From: an uncultured Candidatus Babeliaceae bacterium
Lineage (GTDB): Bacteria > Babelota > Babeliae > Babelales > Babelaceae
Reading direction: 5' to 3'
Assembly (NCBI GenBank): GCA_963704655.1
Contig: OY969927.1
Coordinates: forward strand, 960,001 to 1,024,000
Length of the DNA stretch: 64,000 bases
Part shown: one piece after another, positions 39,051 to 49,105 of the stretch
Position numbering within the stretch: position 1 is the stretch's first letter
How the letters are laid out: every line of letters starts with the position of its first letter
The notes under the pieces: model-generated
What the model saw: only the letters and a program-made list of their open reading frames with translations
What the model was told of the DNA's origin: nothing
Database searches by the model: none
Translations under genes and position numbers: made by a program

Positions 39051-39138
39051 CCTTTCGACTCGCTTCCGACTTCGCCTTAAGGGTTTTACTCCTAAGCGAT
39101 TAGCCGGAAGGACTTCGACGGACAGGCAGGGTGAGCAG
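39051..39138. repeat. Family-B hairpin element (39065-39126) nested in a family-A repeat
   Basis: cctttcgactcgct|tccgacttcgc...cttcgacggacagg|cagggtgagc. Confidence 0.75.
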
Positions 39139-39261
39139 AAACTTAAGCAAAATACATAATATAAATTGACAAAAAATAATATATATTTATGCTAAAATTA
39201 TTACACATAGAATAAAATCAAATTTTATATCCAACTTTTTTACTATAAAGAACCTGTATTC

Positions 39262-41007
39262 ATGATAAGTTTCAAAGATCTTAATCTCTCTCCAGAGAAC
39301 CTACAAACGCTTGAAAAGCTCAATTTTACTGAGCCAACCGATATTCAAGCAAAAGCTATCCCCCTTTTACTTTCTAAATCTATGGATTTCCATGGTCAAG
39401 CACAAACAGGAACGGGTAAAACCCTCGCTTTTGGCCTTCCATTACTTCAACGCATTGATAAAACAAATCGTTTCGCTCAGGCCCTTGTAGTTGCCCCTAC
39501 GCGCGAATTAGCATTACAAATTTGCGACAGTTTAAAACCTTTCGCTCAAGCTGCCCAGATCTCAATTACCACTATTTACGGTGGCAGCTCTATGGAAGAA
39601 CAAATTAGAAACCTTAAACGTGGTGTTCAAATAGTTATCGGTACTCCCGGCAGACTTAATGACCATTTACGCAGAAAAACCCTTGATATTGGTACTATTA
39701 AAACATTAGTGCTTGATGAAGCAGATATCATGCTTGATATGGGTTTTAAAGACGAAGTTGAAGACATTTTACGCCATGCGCCTAAAAACCGCGAAATTTG
39801 GCTCTTTTCTGCAACGGTTAAATCTGGCATTAGTGATTTAATGGCAGAATATATGCACGATACCCAAACAGTAAAAGTTGCAAGAAAAACAGCCGAAGCT
39901 GCAATGACTCAACAATTTTATTGCATTGTACCTATGCGTCAGCGTCTTGCTGCATTACAACGCTTTATTGAAAGCGCGACTGATTTTTATGGTTTTGTCT
40001 TTTGTCAAACCAAAATCTTAACCAGCGAAATTGCTGAGCAACTTATTCGCGCAGGGTATAATGTTGGTGCTTTACATGGTGATTTAAGCCAAGCACAACG
40101 TAACCTTGTTATTAAACGCTTTAAATCTAAAGAGATATCAATTGTTATTGCAACCGACGTTGCAGCTCGTGGTATCGATATTGCAAATCTTACCTATGTA
40201 GTTAACTACTCATTACCGGAAGACTTAGAAAGCTATGTTCACCGTATCGGCAGAACTGGCCGTGCTGGTAAAACAGGTACAGCAATAACGTTTATCAATA
40301 GATCTGAAACTCGTGCAGTATCTTTAATTCAAAAGAAATTTAACTTTACTATTAACCCAATCGATGTTCCTGCAAAAGCACAAATTGTTGCTTCTCGCTT
40401 GAAAATTGCACAAGAATACTTAGCTCAGGTTTCTGAATCACATATTCAGCACCATGAAGAACTCAAATCTTTAGTTACACAACTTTCAGCTGAAGAGTTA
40501 CGTGATATTATCGAAAAAATGGTCTACGATAAATTTATTAAATCTATCGATCAGGAAGAGAATATCAACTTTACTTCTACACCAAAAGAGGGTGGTTTTG
40601 AAAGTGGTCATCGCGGCACAGCAAGCGGACTTCAAGAGTTCTGCCTTGGTGTAGGTGTTGATGATGGCGTTACTCAGGAAGATGTTGTTGAATATTTAAC
40701 CGCTACAAAACTGATAACTGCTGACCAAATTGCTAAAATTCGTGTTATTAAACGCAAAACATTCGTTGAGGTTCCAAGCGCAACAGCTCAACCGCTGGTT
40801 AATGCACTTGCAAATACTTCACTTGCTGGTCGTAAGACACGCATTACTATCGTTGAACCACAAGAAGGTGGAGATCGTGGTGGTTTTGGTGGCGGACGCC
40901 GTGAAGGTGGAGACCGTGGTGGTTATCGTGGAAATCGTGGTGGCGGCTTTGGCGGCGACCGTGGTGGACGTGGTGGCGATCGTGGTGGATATCGCGGACG
41001 CAGATAA
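39262..41007 (+). CDS. deaD: DEAD-box RNA helicase with a DbpA-type RNA-binding domain and RGG tail
   Basis: AQTGTGKT, PTRELA, TPGRL, DEAD, SAT and HRIGRTGRAG. Confidence 0.9.
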   Translation: MISFKDLNLSPENLQTLEKLNFTEPTDIQAKAIPLLLSKSMDFHGQAQTGTGKTLAFGLPLLQRIDKTNRFAQALVVAPTRELALQICDSLKPFAQAAQISITTIYGGSSMEEQIRNLKRGVQIVIGTPGRLNDHLRRKTLDIGTIKTLVLDEADIMLDMGFKDEVEDILRHAPKNREIWLFSATVKSGISDLMAEYMHDTQTVKVARKTAEAAMTQQFYCIVPMRQRLAALQRFIESATDFYGFVFCQTKILTSEIAEQLIRAGYNVGALHGDLSQAQRNLVIKRFKSKEISIVIATDVAARGIDIANLTYVVNYSLPEDLESYVHRIGRTGRAGKTGTAITFINRSETRAVSLIQKKFNFTINPIDVPAKAQIVASRLKIAQEYLAQVSESHIQHHEELKSLVTQLSAEELRDIIEKMVYDKFIKSIDQEENINFTSTPKEGGFESGHRGTASGLQEFCLGVGVDDGVTQEDVVEYLTATKLITADQIAKIRVIKRKTFVEVPSATAQPLVNALANTSLAGRKTRITIVEPQEGGDRGGFGGGRREGGDRGGYRGNRGGGFGGDRGGRGGDRGGYRGRR

Positions 41008-41161
41008 TATACGCGTTATACAAATTTAAGGGGGCGATTAAGCCCCCTTTTTTTATAATTTTTTAAATCAATTCGATATATAAAGGCTATTGCTTGCCCA
41101 TTTGAAAGAAACTGCTACAAATGCTACTATTTATAATAGTATTATTTTTATGGAGGAAACT

Positions 41162-41590
41162 ATGAAATTATTTAAATTATTTTTGCTTGGACTGATATCA
41201 GCAACTATAGCTCTGCATGCAGATGAAACTCATGCTCAACAAGAAAATAAGAGGCATACTGTCATTTTTCCTGGACAAACGGTATGCATTAAAGGGCATT
41301 CTCGTTATGCAATCAAAAGGGGCAATTTAACCCCAGAAGATTGGCAAAGACGCGATAAAGATCTTGCTGGGGCTCTAGGCTTAACGTATATTCAAAGTTT
41401 TGGTTATGATAAACTGTTTAAGAAACTAGGTTCATTTGGCTGCGGCCCGGTATACTTTGAAGCTAAAAACACAAGTATAGATCCAGTTCTAATTGAAGTC
41501 ATTTTAAATGAATTGAATCAATGCATTGGATATAAACTTAATTATAGCTGTTGGGATTCAACTATTACCGATATCATTATTAATAAATAA
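41162..41590 (+). CDS. Hypothetical secreted protein
   Basis: GGAGG RBS and signal peptide. Confidence 0.6.
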   Translation: MKLFKLFLLGLISATIALHADETHAQQENKRHTVIFPGQTVCIKGHSRYAIKRGNLTPEDWQRRDKDLAGALGLTYIQSFGYDKLFKKLGSFGCGPVYFEAKNTSIDPVLIEVILNELNQCIGYKLNYSCWDSTITDIIINK

Positions 41591-41648
41591 GAATTAATAA
41601 ATAAGAAAAAGAGGGGCGAATATCGCCCCTTTTTCTTATTAAGCGTAA

Positions 41649-42791
41649 TTAAACTTTAATGTTATACTTACTTCTTAATTGAATTTTTTGTGGTTCCGTA
41701 GCCTCACCTTTTTTAGATACAGCCGCATTCTTTAGTTCTTCCTGGATTTCTGCGTCAAGCGCCTCAAATGCTTCCTCTTCAGTGGCAATATCGATCAACT
41801 GTTTAAGGGAAAATTGATTAATATCATCTTTATATTTCATCACCGTCTTAACAATTACCTGATCAGACATTTCTTTAAAATTTAGAGAAGCTATTTCAGG
41901 TTTTACTGTTGCTGTCTTTAATCCAGTTTTTCCAGCAGCAATTTGACCAAATAAACCGCCCTCTGCTCCAGAACCAATCGTTGTAAATGTCTTTTTAGGA
42001 AGGCCAAGAGTAGTCGCAGTAGTTCCAGGTATTATAGGTTTTACTGGTTTTTTAGTTTCTACTGGCGTTTCTTTTGGAGCTGGTGGAGTATAAGGTAACA
42101 AATTCAATGTTCTGTATTCTTTTTCACGCCATCCTTGAATTTTACTATGAAATGCTGCCTTTCTATCGAATGAATATTTATCACTTGAAATAGTATCAAC
42201 ACTTTCTTCATCATCTTTGATATTTTTTAGACTATCAGGGGATATTTTTCTATCTTTTTCTTCTTTCTTATTCTTATAATCAAGATAAGAACGCAAGTCT
42301 GATACATAATTATCTATAGCCTTTGAAATCTCTTCTTTAGTGCCATCTTTATTAAATACTAACCTAGGCAATTGGCTGCCTAACCCAAAAATGCCAGTTT
42401 TTGGCTTTGGTGAAACATCTGGCTTAGCTTCTCCGACTTTAGGTTTTTGCGGAACGACAGGCGGAGTCTTAGAAGCTGGCTTAATTTCTTTTTCTGCCCA
42501 TTCTTCTTCAGCAACACCTTCAGGTTGCTTTACTTCTTTACCAAGCTCTCTAAGCTTTTTAAGCACGTCACTTTTTCCAAGCGCGGCCTCTAAGCCTTTT
42601 TTAGGCGTTTCTTCAGGTTTAGAAGTTGGTTCACGTTTTTTTAATCTATTTATTGGATTTCTAAGATCTTCTAAAAATTTTTCTGCAGCTGATTCAAGCT
42701 GTGCCAATAAAATCTGTAATTTTAAACTTGTCTTATCTCCGGCACAAAAACTATTACCTAAAAAAAAGATCACTAATAAATATTTTTTCAA
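41649..42791 (-). CDS. Secreted Pro/Lys-rich protein with WH2/WCA-like motifs (candidate actin effector)
   Basis: TTG start and signal peptide; FLEDLRNPINRLKK, GLEAALG..VLKKLR, EEEW, PxxPxK and GLFGQIAAGKTGLKT. Confidence 0.55.
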   Translation of the reverse strand: MKKYLLVIFFLGNSFCAGDKTSLKLQILLAQLESAAEKFLEDLRNPINRLKKREPTSKPEETPKKGLEAALGKSDVLKKLRELGKEVKQPEGVAEEEWAEKEIKPASKTPPVVPQKPKVGEAKPDVSPKPKTGIFGLGSQLPRLVFNKDGTKEEISKAIDNYVSDLRSYLDYKNKKEEKDRKISPDSLKNIKDDEESVDTISSDKYSFDRKAAFHSKIQGWREKEYRTLNLLPYTPPAPKETPVETKKPVKPIIPGTTATTLGLPKKTFTTIGSGAEGGLFGQIAAGKTGLKTATVKPEIASLNFKEMSDQVIVKTVMKYKDDINQFSLKQLIDIATEEEAFEALDAEIQEELKNAAVSKKGEATEPQKIQLRSKYNIKV

Positions 42792-42800
42792 AAGAGCACC

Positions 42801-45503
42801 TCATTTACTTGCCTCAGCCCAGCTATATCCTTCTGCTAGTGTAACTACAAGTGGTACATTCCAGTCAACAACTTGCTGCATGACTTCGCGCATGACTTTT
42901 TGTGCACGCTTTTTTTGATCTTCGCAAACGGTCACCAGCAACTCGTCATGAATCTGTAATACAATATGCGCATCAAGCTTTTCTTGCTTAAAGGCTTTAT
43001 CCAGCTTAATCATGGCAATCTTCATAAGCTCAGATTGTGTCCCTTGTGCAGGGGTATTGATAGCAATGCGGCGAGCAGCATCATAGAGTGATTTATTACG
43101 TTCATAAATTCCCGGAACATAACGACGTCTGCCCCACAGCGTTTGAACATATCCAAGCTCTTTTGTTTTTTCAACAACTGCGTCCATCCACGTTACAATA
43201 CCCGGATGCTCTTCAAAATATTTATCGATATATTTTTTTGCATCTGCAAAAGGGATATTTAAATCTTTTGAGAGTCCATATGGCGTAAGTCCATACAAGA
43301 TACTAAAGTTTATCCGTTTACCAAGTTGACGCTGTTCACGAGTTACCTGGTTTTCTGGAACATCAAAGATGCGTGCTGCTGTGTGCGTATGAATATCAAT
43401 ATTATGTTTAAATGCGTGCAAAAGCGCCGGATCTTGTGATAAATAAGCCACAACGCGAAGTTCTATCTGCGAATAGTCAGCAGAGATAAAAATATGCCCC
43501 GGGTCAGCTTTAAAAGCGCTCCGGATATGCAGCTGTTTATCGCCTTCAACCATCGTAGGAATATTTTGTAAATTCGGGTCTGAACTTGAAAGTCTACCGG
43601 TGGCAACCAATGTTTGATTAAATGTCGTATGAATTTTGCCCGTTTTTGGATTAATCCACTGGCGCAAACCTTCGATATACGTGCTTTTAAGCTTTGCAAG
43701 TTCACGGTATTTAATAATAAGTGCCGGAACCGGATGAATAAGCGCAAGCTCTTCAAGAACCTCTTGGTCTGTTGAATAACTTGCACGTGAAGTTGTTTTT
43801 TTTGACGTTGGTAACTTTAAATGCTCAAAAAGAAGCTCTTTAAGCTGCTGGGGCGAATTGAGATTAATAGCAAAAAATTGTTGTCCAATTAAGGCAATAA
43901 TTTCATCATGAATTTTTTCTAAATCACGCGTAACACGGGTATTAAGCTCATCAAGCACTTTTGTATCACAAATAATGCCATATTGTTCCATTTCAAATAA
44001 AATAGAAACTATCGGCAATTCTATATCGTTATACAGCGATAATAATTTTTCTGATTCAAGCTCTTTTTTTAATACCGTAACAAGCTTTAACGTTTGATGC
44101 GCATCGGCGGCTGCATATTCAGTTGCAAGCTCTAATGGCACATGCGAAAAGTCTTTAAACTTATTTTTTTTAACAATATCATCGAAACTCAACATGGGCT
44201 CATTAAAATAGGTTTCTGAAAGCACCTTAAGACCAATTCGCTCATTGTCTTTACGCAACAGGCTCGCGGCAACAAGTGTGTCAAAATCAAGTCCATTAAT
44301 GCCAATGCCTGCATTGGCCAAAATATGCATATCAAACTTTGCATGATGAAAATATTTTTTTATCTTCGCGTCTGCAAAAACAGGCTTAAAGGCATCTAAA
44401 ACTTCTTGTTGAGAAAGTTCACCTTTATGCACATGATCAAATGGGATATAGTATGCTTTTCCAGGCTTAGTCGCAACAGAAAGTCCCACTAAACGTGCTT
44501 GGCTCACGGTTATGCCATCTGTTTCGGTATCGATTGACACGGCACCTTCTTGTTTAATCTCTTGTATTACTTGATGCAACGTTGTTGAATCAGTAACGGT
44601 AAGATATTCTGCATGTGGTTTATATTCTCGTTTTTCAGTAACAACAGTTTGTCCGCCTGGCAGCTCTTTAAGTAATGATTTAAAATCATATTTATCAAAA
44701 AATCCGCGCGCTAATTGCCAATCTGCAGGAGAAAAACTGAGATCTTTTTCAGACAAGTGTAAATCTATATAAAGTAATGAGAAAAGCTGTTCACTTAAAA
44801 AAGCTTCTTGCTGTGACGCTTTAAGCAGATCACGCGTGCGTTCTTTTGGTACCTCTTGAATTCGCTCATACAAGTCTTTAAGGGAATCAAATTGCTGCAC
44901 TAAATCTGTTGCGCCTTTTGGGCCAATACCCCGAACGCCGGGTATATTATCTGAGCTATCGCCACATAATGCAAAATAAAAGGGTAATTTTTCTATAGGA
45001 AAACCATAGCGAGTTTCTATTGCAGCTTTATCGAAAGTTTCTTGCTTAAAAGCGTCATATAAAACGATATTACCATCAACAGCTTGGCCGAGATCTTTAT
45101 CTGTTGTTATAAGAACTACTTTGTAGCCTTTTTTTGCAAAATCACGTGCGATACTATAGAGCAAATCATCAGCCTCATAACCACTTTTTTCAACTTGCGG
45201 TAAATGAATCTGGCCCGCAAAATCTTGAATTATAAACTTCTGATCAAAAAGATGCATCGGCGCAGCTTGACGTGTCTCTTTATACTCTTTATACATTTCA
45301 TGGCGCTGTGTTGGCCCTTTACTGTCCCACACCAAAGCCAGATGCTCGGGATTAAAGGTGTCGATAATTTTTTTAACCATGCGACAAAAGCCGTATACGG
45401 CACCAACATGAGTTCCTGATGGCGTTAACATGGGCTTAAGTGCATAAAAAGCTCTATATAAAAATGAAGAACCGTCAATAAGATAAATTGTTTTTTTATT
45501 CAT
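42801..45503 (-). CDS. polA: DNA polymerase I
   Basis: LIDGSSFLYRAFYA, DSSDNIPGV, TGRLSSSDPNLQNIP, ADYSQIELR and QIHDELL. Confidence 0.99.
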   Translation of the reverse strand: MNKKTIYLIDGSSFLYRAFYALKPMLTPSGTHVGAVYGFCRMVKKIIDTFNPEHLALVWDSKGPTQRHEMYKEYKETRQAAPMHLFDQKFIIQDFAGQIHLPQVEKSGYEADDLLYSIARDFAKKGYKVVLITTDKDLGQAVDGNIVLYDAFKQETFDKAAIETRYGFPIEKLPFYFALCGDSSDNIPGVRGIGPKGATDLVQQFDSLKDLYERIQEVPKERTRDLLKASQQEAFLSEQLFSLLYIDLHLSEKDLSFSPADWQLARGFFDKYDFKSLLKELPGGQTVVTEKREYKPHAEYLTVTDSTTLHQVIQEIKQEGAVSIDTETDGITVSQARLVGLSVATKPGKAYYIPFDHVHKGELSQQEVLDAFKPVFADAKIKKYFHHAKFDMHILANAGIGINGLDFDTLVAASLLRKDNERIGLKVLSETYFNEPMLSFDDIVKKNKFKDFSHVPLELATEYAAADAHQTLKLVTVLKKELESEKLLSLYNDIELPIVSILFEMEQYGIICDTKVLDELNTRVTRDLEKIHDEIIALIGQQFFAINLNSPQQLKELLFEHLKLPTSKKTTSRASYSTDQEVLEELALIHPVPALIIKYRELAKLKSTYIEGLRQWINPKTGKIHTTFNQTLVATGRLSSSDPNLQNIPTMVEGDKQLHIRSAFKADPGHIFISADYSQIELRVVAYLSQDPALLHAFKHNIDIHTHTAARIFDVPENQVTREQRQLGKRINFSILYGLTPYGLSKDLNIPFADAKKYIDKYFEEHPGIVTWMDAVVEKTKELGYVQTLWGRRRYVPGIYERNKSLYDAARRIAINTPAQGTQSELMKIAMIKLDKAFKQEKLDAHIVLQIHDELLVTVCEDQKKRAQKVMREVMQQVVDWNVPLVVTLAEGYSWAEASK

Positions 45504-45642
45504 AATATTCCTGCTTAGTATAGTATCTATTACCATAGGCAAATATCGAGAAACAATCAACAACTATTGCAAAATAATGAAAAATAGTAGATTTTTATCT
45601 TAATGAGAGATTTAACTTTTAAAAATTAAGTGGGTAGCTTTT

Positions 45643-46353
45643 ATGAAAAACAAAAAATTTCTTATAACACTTTTTGTAGTACTTTTTGTATCAATCAATC
45701 ATACCTATGCTATGGCCCCAGAAAGCCACACTGGTTCAGATGAGTCAATAATGGAGTTAACTAAAAATAGTCATGGGGGCTCTGATGATTCAATACAAGA
45801 ATTGAGAGATATTCTTAGAACGAGTATACCATTTGACGATGACGATGACGATACTAAGCTCAATAAACGACTTCCAAGAAATTCCATGGAAGACATCATG
45901 GATGAAATCAATAAAGAAACCATAACTTTTAAAAAAAACTTTAAAAAAACAACCTTGAGCCCTGATGCAACTATTGCATTGCGAACTGCCCCCGACCCAC
46001 GCTTTACACAGATAACGTTACATCATTACCGCCTTGAAATAGATGACAAACAAAAACTGCAACTCATCATAGATGAAGAGGCTCAAAAAGATGCTAACAT
46101 TAAAAAATTAAATGAAAATTTCGAACTCCTTCGCACCGCATGCATAGCAACACTATTCCTACAAACAAATGATGGAACGAAAAATCCATTCTTAGAAAGC
46201 CTTATAAGACAATGCAAATTTTTGTTCCAAGATATAAATAAGCTGCCGAAAGATCCAAAAAAAAGGCGTACGGCAAAGGATGATATTCATAAAAAGCATA
46301 TTTTCCCCGCAGTTGAAATACTCGAAGCGGCCTTAAAAAAAGGTTCAGAGTAA
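45643..46353 (+). CDS. Hypothetical secreted protein
   Basis: Signal peptide and duplicated SH(T/G)GSD(E/D)SI motif. Confidence 0.6.
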   Translation: MKNKKFLITLFVVLFVSINHTYAMAPESHTGSDESIMELTKNSHGGSDDSIQELRDILRTSIPFDDDDDDTKLNKRLPRNSMEDIMDEINKETITFKKNFKKTTLSPDATIALRTAPDPRFTQITLHHYRLEIDDKQKLQLIIDEEAQKDANIKKLNENFELLRTACIATLFLQTNDGTKNPFLESLIRQCKFLFQDINKLPKDPKKRRTAKDDIHKKHIFPAVEILEAALKKGSE

Positions 46354-46495
46354 AATACCAACCCCGCAATATTAATTTCTCTTACAAAATTAAACCATTG
46401 CTTTTCACCCCATAATTATTGTTAACTATATAGTGCATAAACGTACTGCTTTAGTAAGCATTATATTTAAAATATTGTTCTCGGGGGGGAAATTC

Positions 46496-47260
46496 GTGGA
46501 ACATTTAAAAACATTACTCTTTATTTTTTATTGCATATCATGCATTAATATCACTCATGCGCTTAATAACGAAGATAAATCACCCAGATCTCTAATAAGA
46601 TCATTTTTTGGTAGATCATCATCCTCAACTTTTAGCCCACTTGCTTCACCGAGCCCAGTTACCTCACCACGGTCTCCACTTGTAGCACCGCTTAAAGATT
46701 GCACGCTTGATATTACAGAAATTCCTGAACCGGTTAATAATCAAGACCTGGTTGAATATTTGGAATTATTTGGGGTCTTTGCTCAAGTTTTTCATATATC
46801 TAAAAATGTCATTATTCTACCAAAAGCTACAATAACAGATCTAAATTTAATTACTCCTGAGTTATTAAAAACTGATCTTGGTGATATTAGCGGAAGCGAT
46901 ATCTACGATGCCATGAAAAGAAACATTTCGGAAGTAAAACAAAAAGCACCATTAGTTTATAAAGCCTACCTGGCTCAATCTATCAGAAAAAAACTTTTAG
47001 TATTCGAAGCTGATCCTATTAATCCAAAGCCTGAACTAAAAGAACAAAGTGCGAAATTATTACAATTTCTTGCAGATCAGCAAGAGTTACAAACTCTTCG
47101 TCCTAAACTTGAAACGATATCAAATTGGATATCGAAAAAGGCTGTTTTTGATGAACAAACAGCGCACGATCTAGAAATAGAGCTTCTCGAAGGAGATATA
47201 CATGATCTACTAGATTTTTATCGAGGACTCTGCATCGTCAAACCATGCAAAGAGAAATAA
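46496..47260 (+). CDS. Hypothetical secreted protein with a Ser-Pro-rich N-terminus
   Basis: GTG start after GGGGGG; signal peptide; SPRS...SPLASPSPVTSPRSP. Confidence 0.6.
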   Translation: MEHLKTLLFIFYCISCINITHALNNEDKSPRSLIRSFFGRSSSSTFSPLASPSPVTSPRSPLVAPLKDCTLDITEIPEPVNNQDLVEYLELFGVFAQVFHISKNVIILPKATITDLNLITPELLKTDLGDISGSDIYDAMKRNISEVKQKAPLVYKAYLAQSIRKKLLVFEADPINPKPELKEQSAKLLQFLADQQELQTLRPKLETISNWISKKAVFDEQTAHDLEIELLEGDIHDLLDFYRGLCIVKPCKEK

Positions 47261-47360
47261 TTCAGCCTATATGCTTATATAATAGCCTTTTTAAATCAAA
47301 CAGTTTTCTCTTTAAGATTCTTGTGCTATACTAAAAAAACATTAATCTAAAGGGCTTTTT

Positions 47361-48089
47361 ATGAAAAAAATACTAATTGCAATACTTGCAACATTTACAC
47401 TCACAACACTTCAAGCGGCTGAAACCTCAACCAAAGCGCCCAAGGGCCCGCTTAGGGACCGCAGGATCCAAGCGCTCACTGGTGGAGAACTTACGCCCTT
47501 AAATACGGCAGCACGTGCAACGAAAGTACGTCAGCCTGAATTTTGTGAATGGGCAATGAGATACCTCGAACAAGATGCTAATACTTCAACTGACTATATT
47601 GCTTTGGATTTTTTTCCAGGAGTACATACTTATTTGGACCAAGATAACATTACAATAACCCCTCCGACCATAGAAAAAACCCCCGAGGGATCAACGCCTC
47701 CAGCCACAGATTTTATTTCCAAAGGCTATTCTGATGCCAGATTATTGGGTAAGCTTACGCCGGAAGACAATGAAAAGTTATATGCATTTGCTGCACTTAT
47801 CTGCCTAAAAAATGCTCTTGCACAGCCTTATAAACCTTTTAATTATTCTAGAATAGCTTCAGTGATAACAACAAAGAAAGGCTCTGGCAGCAAAAAAGCT
47901 TTTTCTCCAGCTATTTGTGATATAGCAGTGCTATGCAAATCAATGGCTCTTTATTCAAGCGAGACAAATACCAAGCGCACACAGGGTAAATTAAAAGAAA
48001 TATATAACCAGTACGTTCCAGAGGTTCGTGCAATATTATCTAAAGTGGGATATACGCAGTCTCCAATTGATCTTACGCCAATAAAGTGA
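47361..48089 (+). CDS. Hypothetical secreted protein
   Basis: MKK signal peptide. Confidence 0.6.
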   Translation: MKKILIAILATFTLTTLQAAETSTKAPKGPLRDRRIQALTGGELTPLNTAARATKVRQPEFCEWAMRYLEQDANTSTDYIALDFFPGVHTYLDQDNITITPPTIEKTPEGSTPPATDFISKGYSDARLLGKLTPEDNEKLYAFAALICLKNALAQPYKPFNYSRIASVITTKKGSGSKKAFSPAICDIAVLCKSMALYSSETNTKRTQGKLKEIYNQYVPEVRAILSKVGYTQSPIDLTPIK

Positions 48090-49105
48090 TCCACAAAGTA
48101 TCTATTCAGGATTTTCTCAAGCAAAAAGAGAATTTCCCCATCATAGATGTGCGGGCACCACAAGAATATCTTCATGCACATATTCCAGGGGCACATAGCG
48201 TGCCCCTATTTTCTGACCAGGCACGCGCACAAATTGGCACACTTTATAAACACCAAGGTAAAGAGGCTGCAATAAAACTCGGGCTCACCCTTGTCGGCCC
48301 CAGGCTGCACGAACTGGTTGAAGCAGTTGACTCTATTGCGCCTAATAAAATAGTGCGCCTACACTGTTGGCGCGGGGGCATGCGCAGCGCAAGCTTTGCC
48401 TGGCTTTTAAGCCTGAGCGGTTACACCGTATATCTTCTTGAAGGTGGCTATAAAGAGTATCGCGCCTTCATCCGGCAACAATTTCAAAAAAACTATAACA
48501 TTATCACCATCAGTGGCAAAACCGGGTCAGGCAAAACAGACTTTTTAAAAACATTGGCCACACTCGGATACCACGTTATTGATCTTGAAAATTTAGCAAA
48601 CCATAAAGGCTCTGTCTTTGGTCATCTTGGACTTGATAACCAGCCGACACAAGAAGCGTTTGAAAATAAACTCAGCCTAGCGCTTTATGGACATGATGCA
48701 AATGAGCCACTTTTTGTAGAAAAAGAGAGCCGCCGCATCGGGCAACTGTTAGTGCCCGATGCTTTTTTCGAACAATTAAAAACGGCGCCACCACTAACCA
48801 TACAAATTCCTACCGAACAACGCATTGAACGTATTATGCGTGATTATGGCGCTGCCGATAAACAGGCACTTATTGCTGCAATAAAAAAAATAGAAAAACA
48901 TCTTGGTGGAGCACTCTGCAAAACTATTATTACCCAGATTGAAGAAAATAATTATCAAGAAGCTATTATCCATCTTTTAGAGTATTATGATAAGTACTAT
49001 GGGGAAAATCCCCATGAGCTATCACCCGTACTGGACCCATCGGTAAAAGATAGCCAAGAAATAAAAAATTTTATAACAAAATTCTTAGCAGATAACTCTA
49101 TATAG
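48086..49105 (+). CDS. selU: tRNA 2-selenouridine synthase (MnmH/SelU)
   Basis: Rhodanese IDVRAPQEY...HIPGA, CWRGGMRS, P-loop GKTGSGKT and DLENLANHKGS.FG. Confidence 0.95.
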   Translation: MIHKVSIQDFLKQKENFPIIDVRAPQEYLHAHIPGAHSVPLFSDQARAQIGTLYKHQGKEAAIKLGLTLVGPRLHELVEAVDSIAPNKIVRLHCWRGGMRSASFAWLLSLSGYTVYLLEGGYKEYRAFIRQQFQKNYNIITISGKTGSGKTDFLKTLATLGYHVIDLENLANHKGSVFGHLGLDNQPTQEAFENKLSLALYGHDANEPLFVEKESRRIGQLLVPDAFFEQLKTAPPLTIQIPTEQRIERIMRDYGAADKQALIAAIKKIEKHLGGALCKTIITQIEENNYQEAIIHLLEYYDKYYGENPHELSPVLDPSVKDSQEIKNFITKFLADNSI

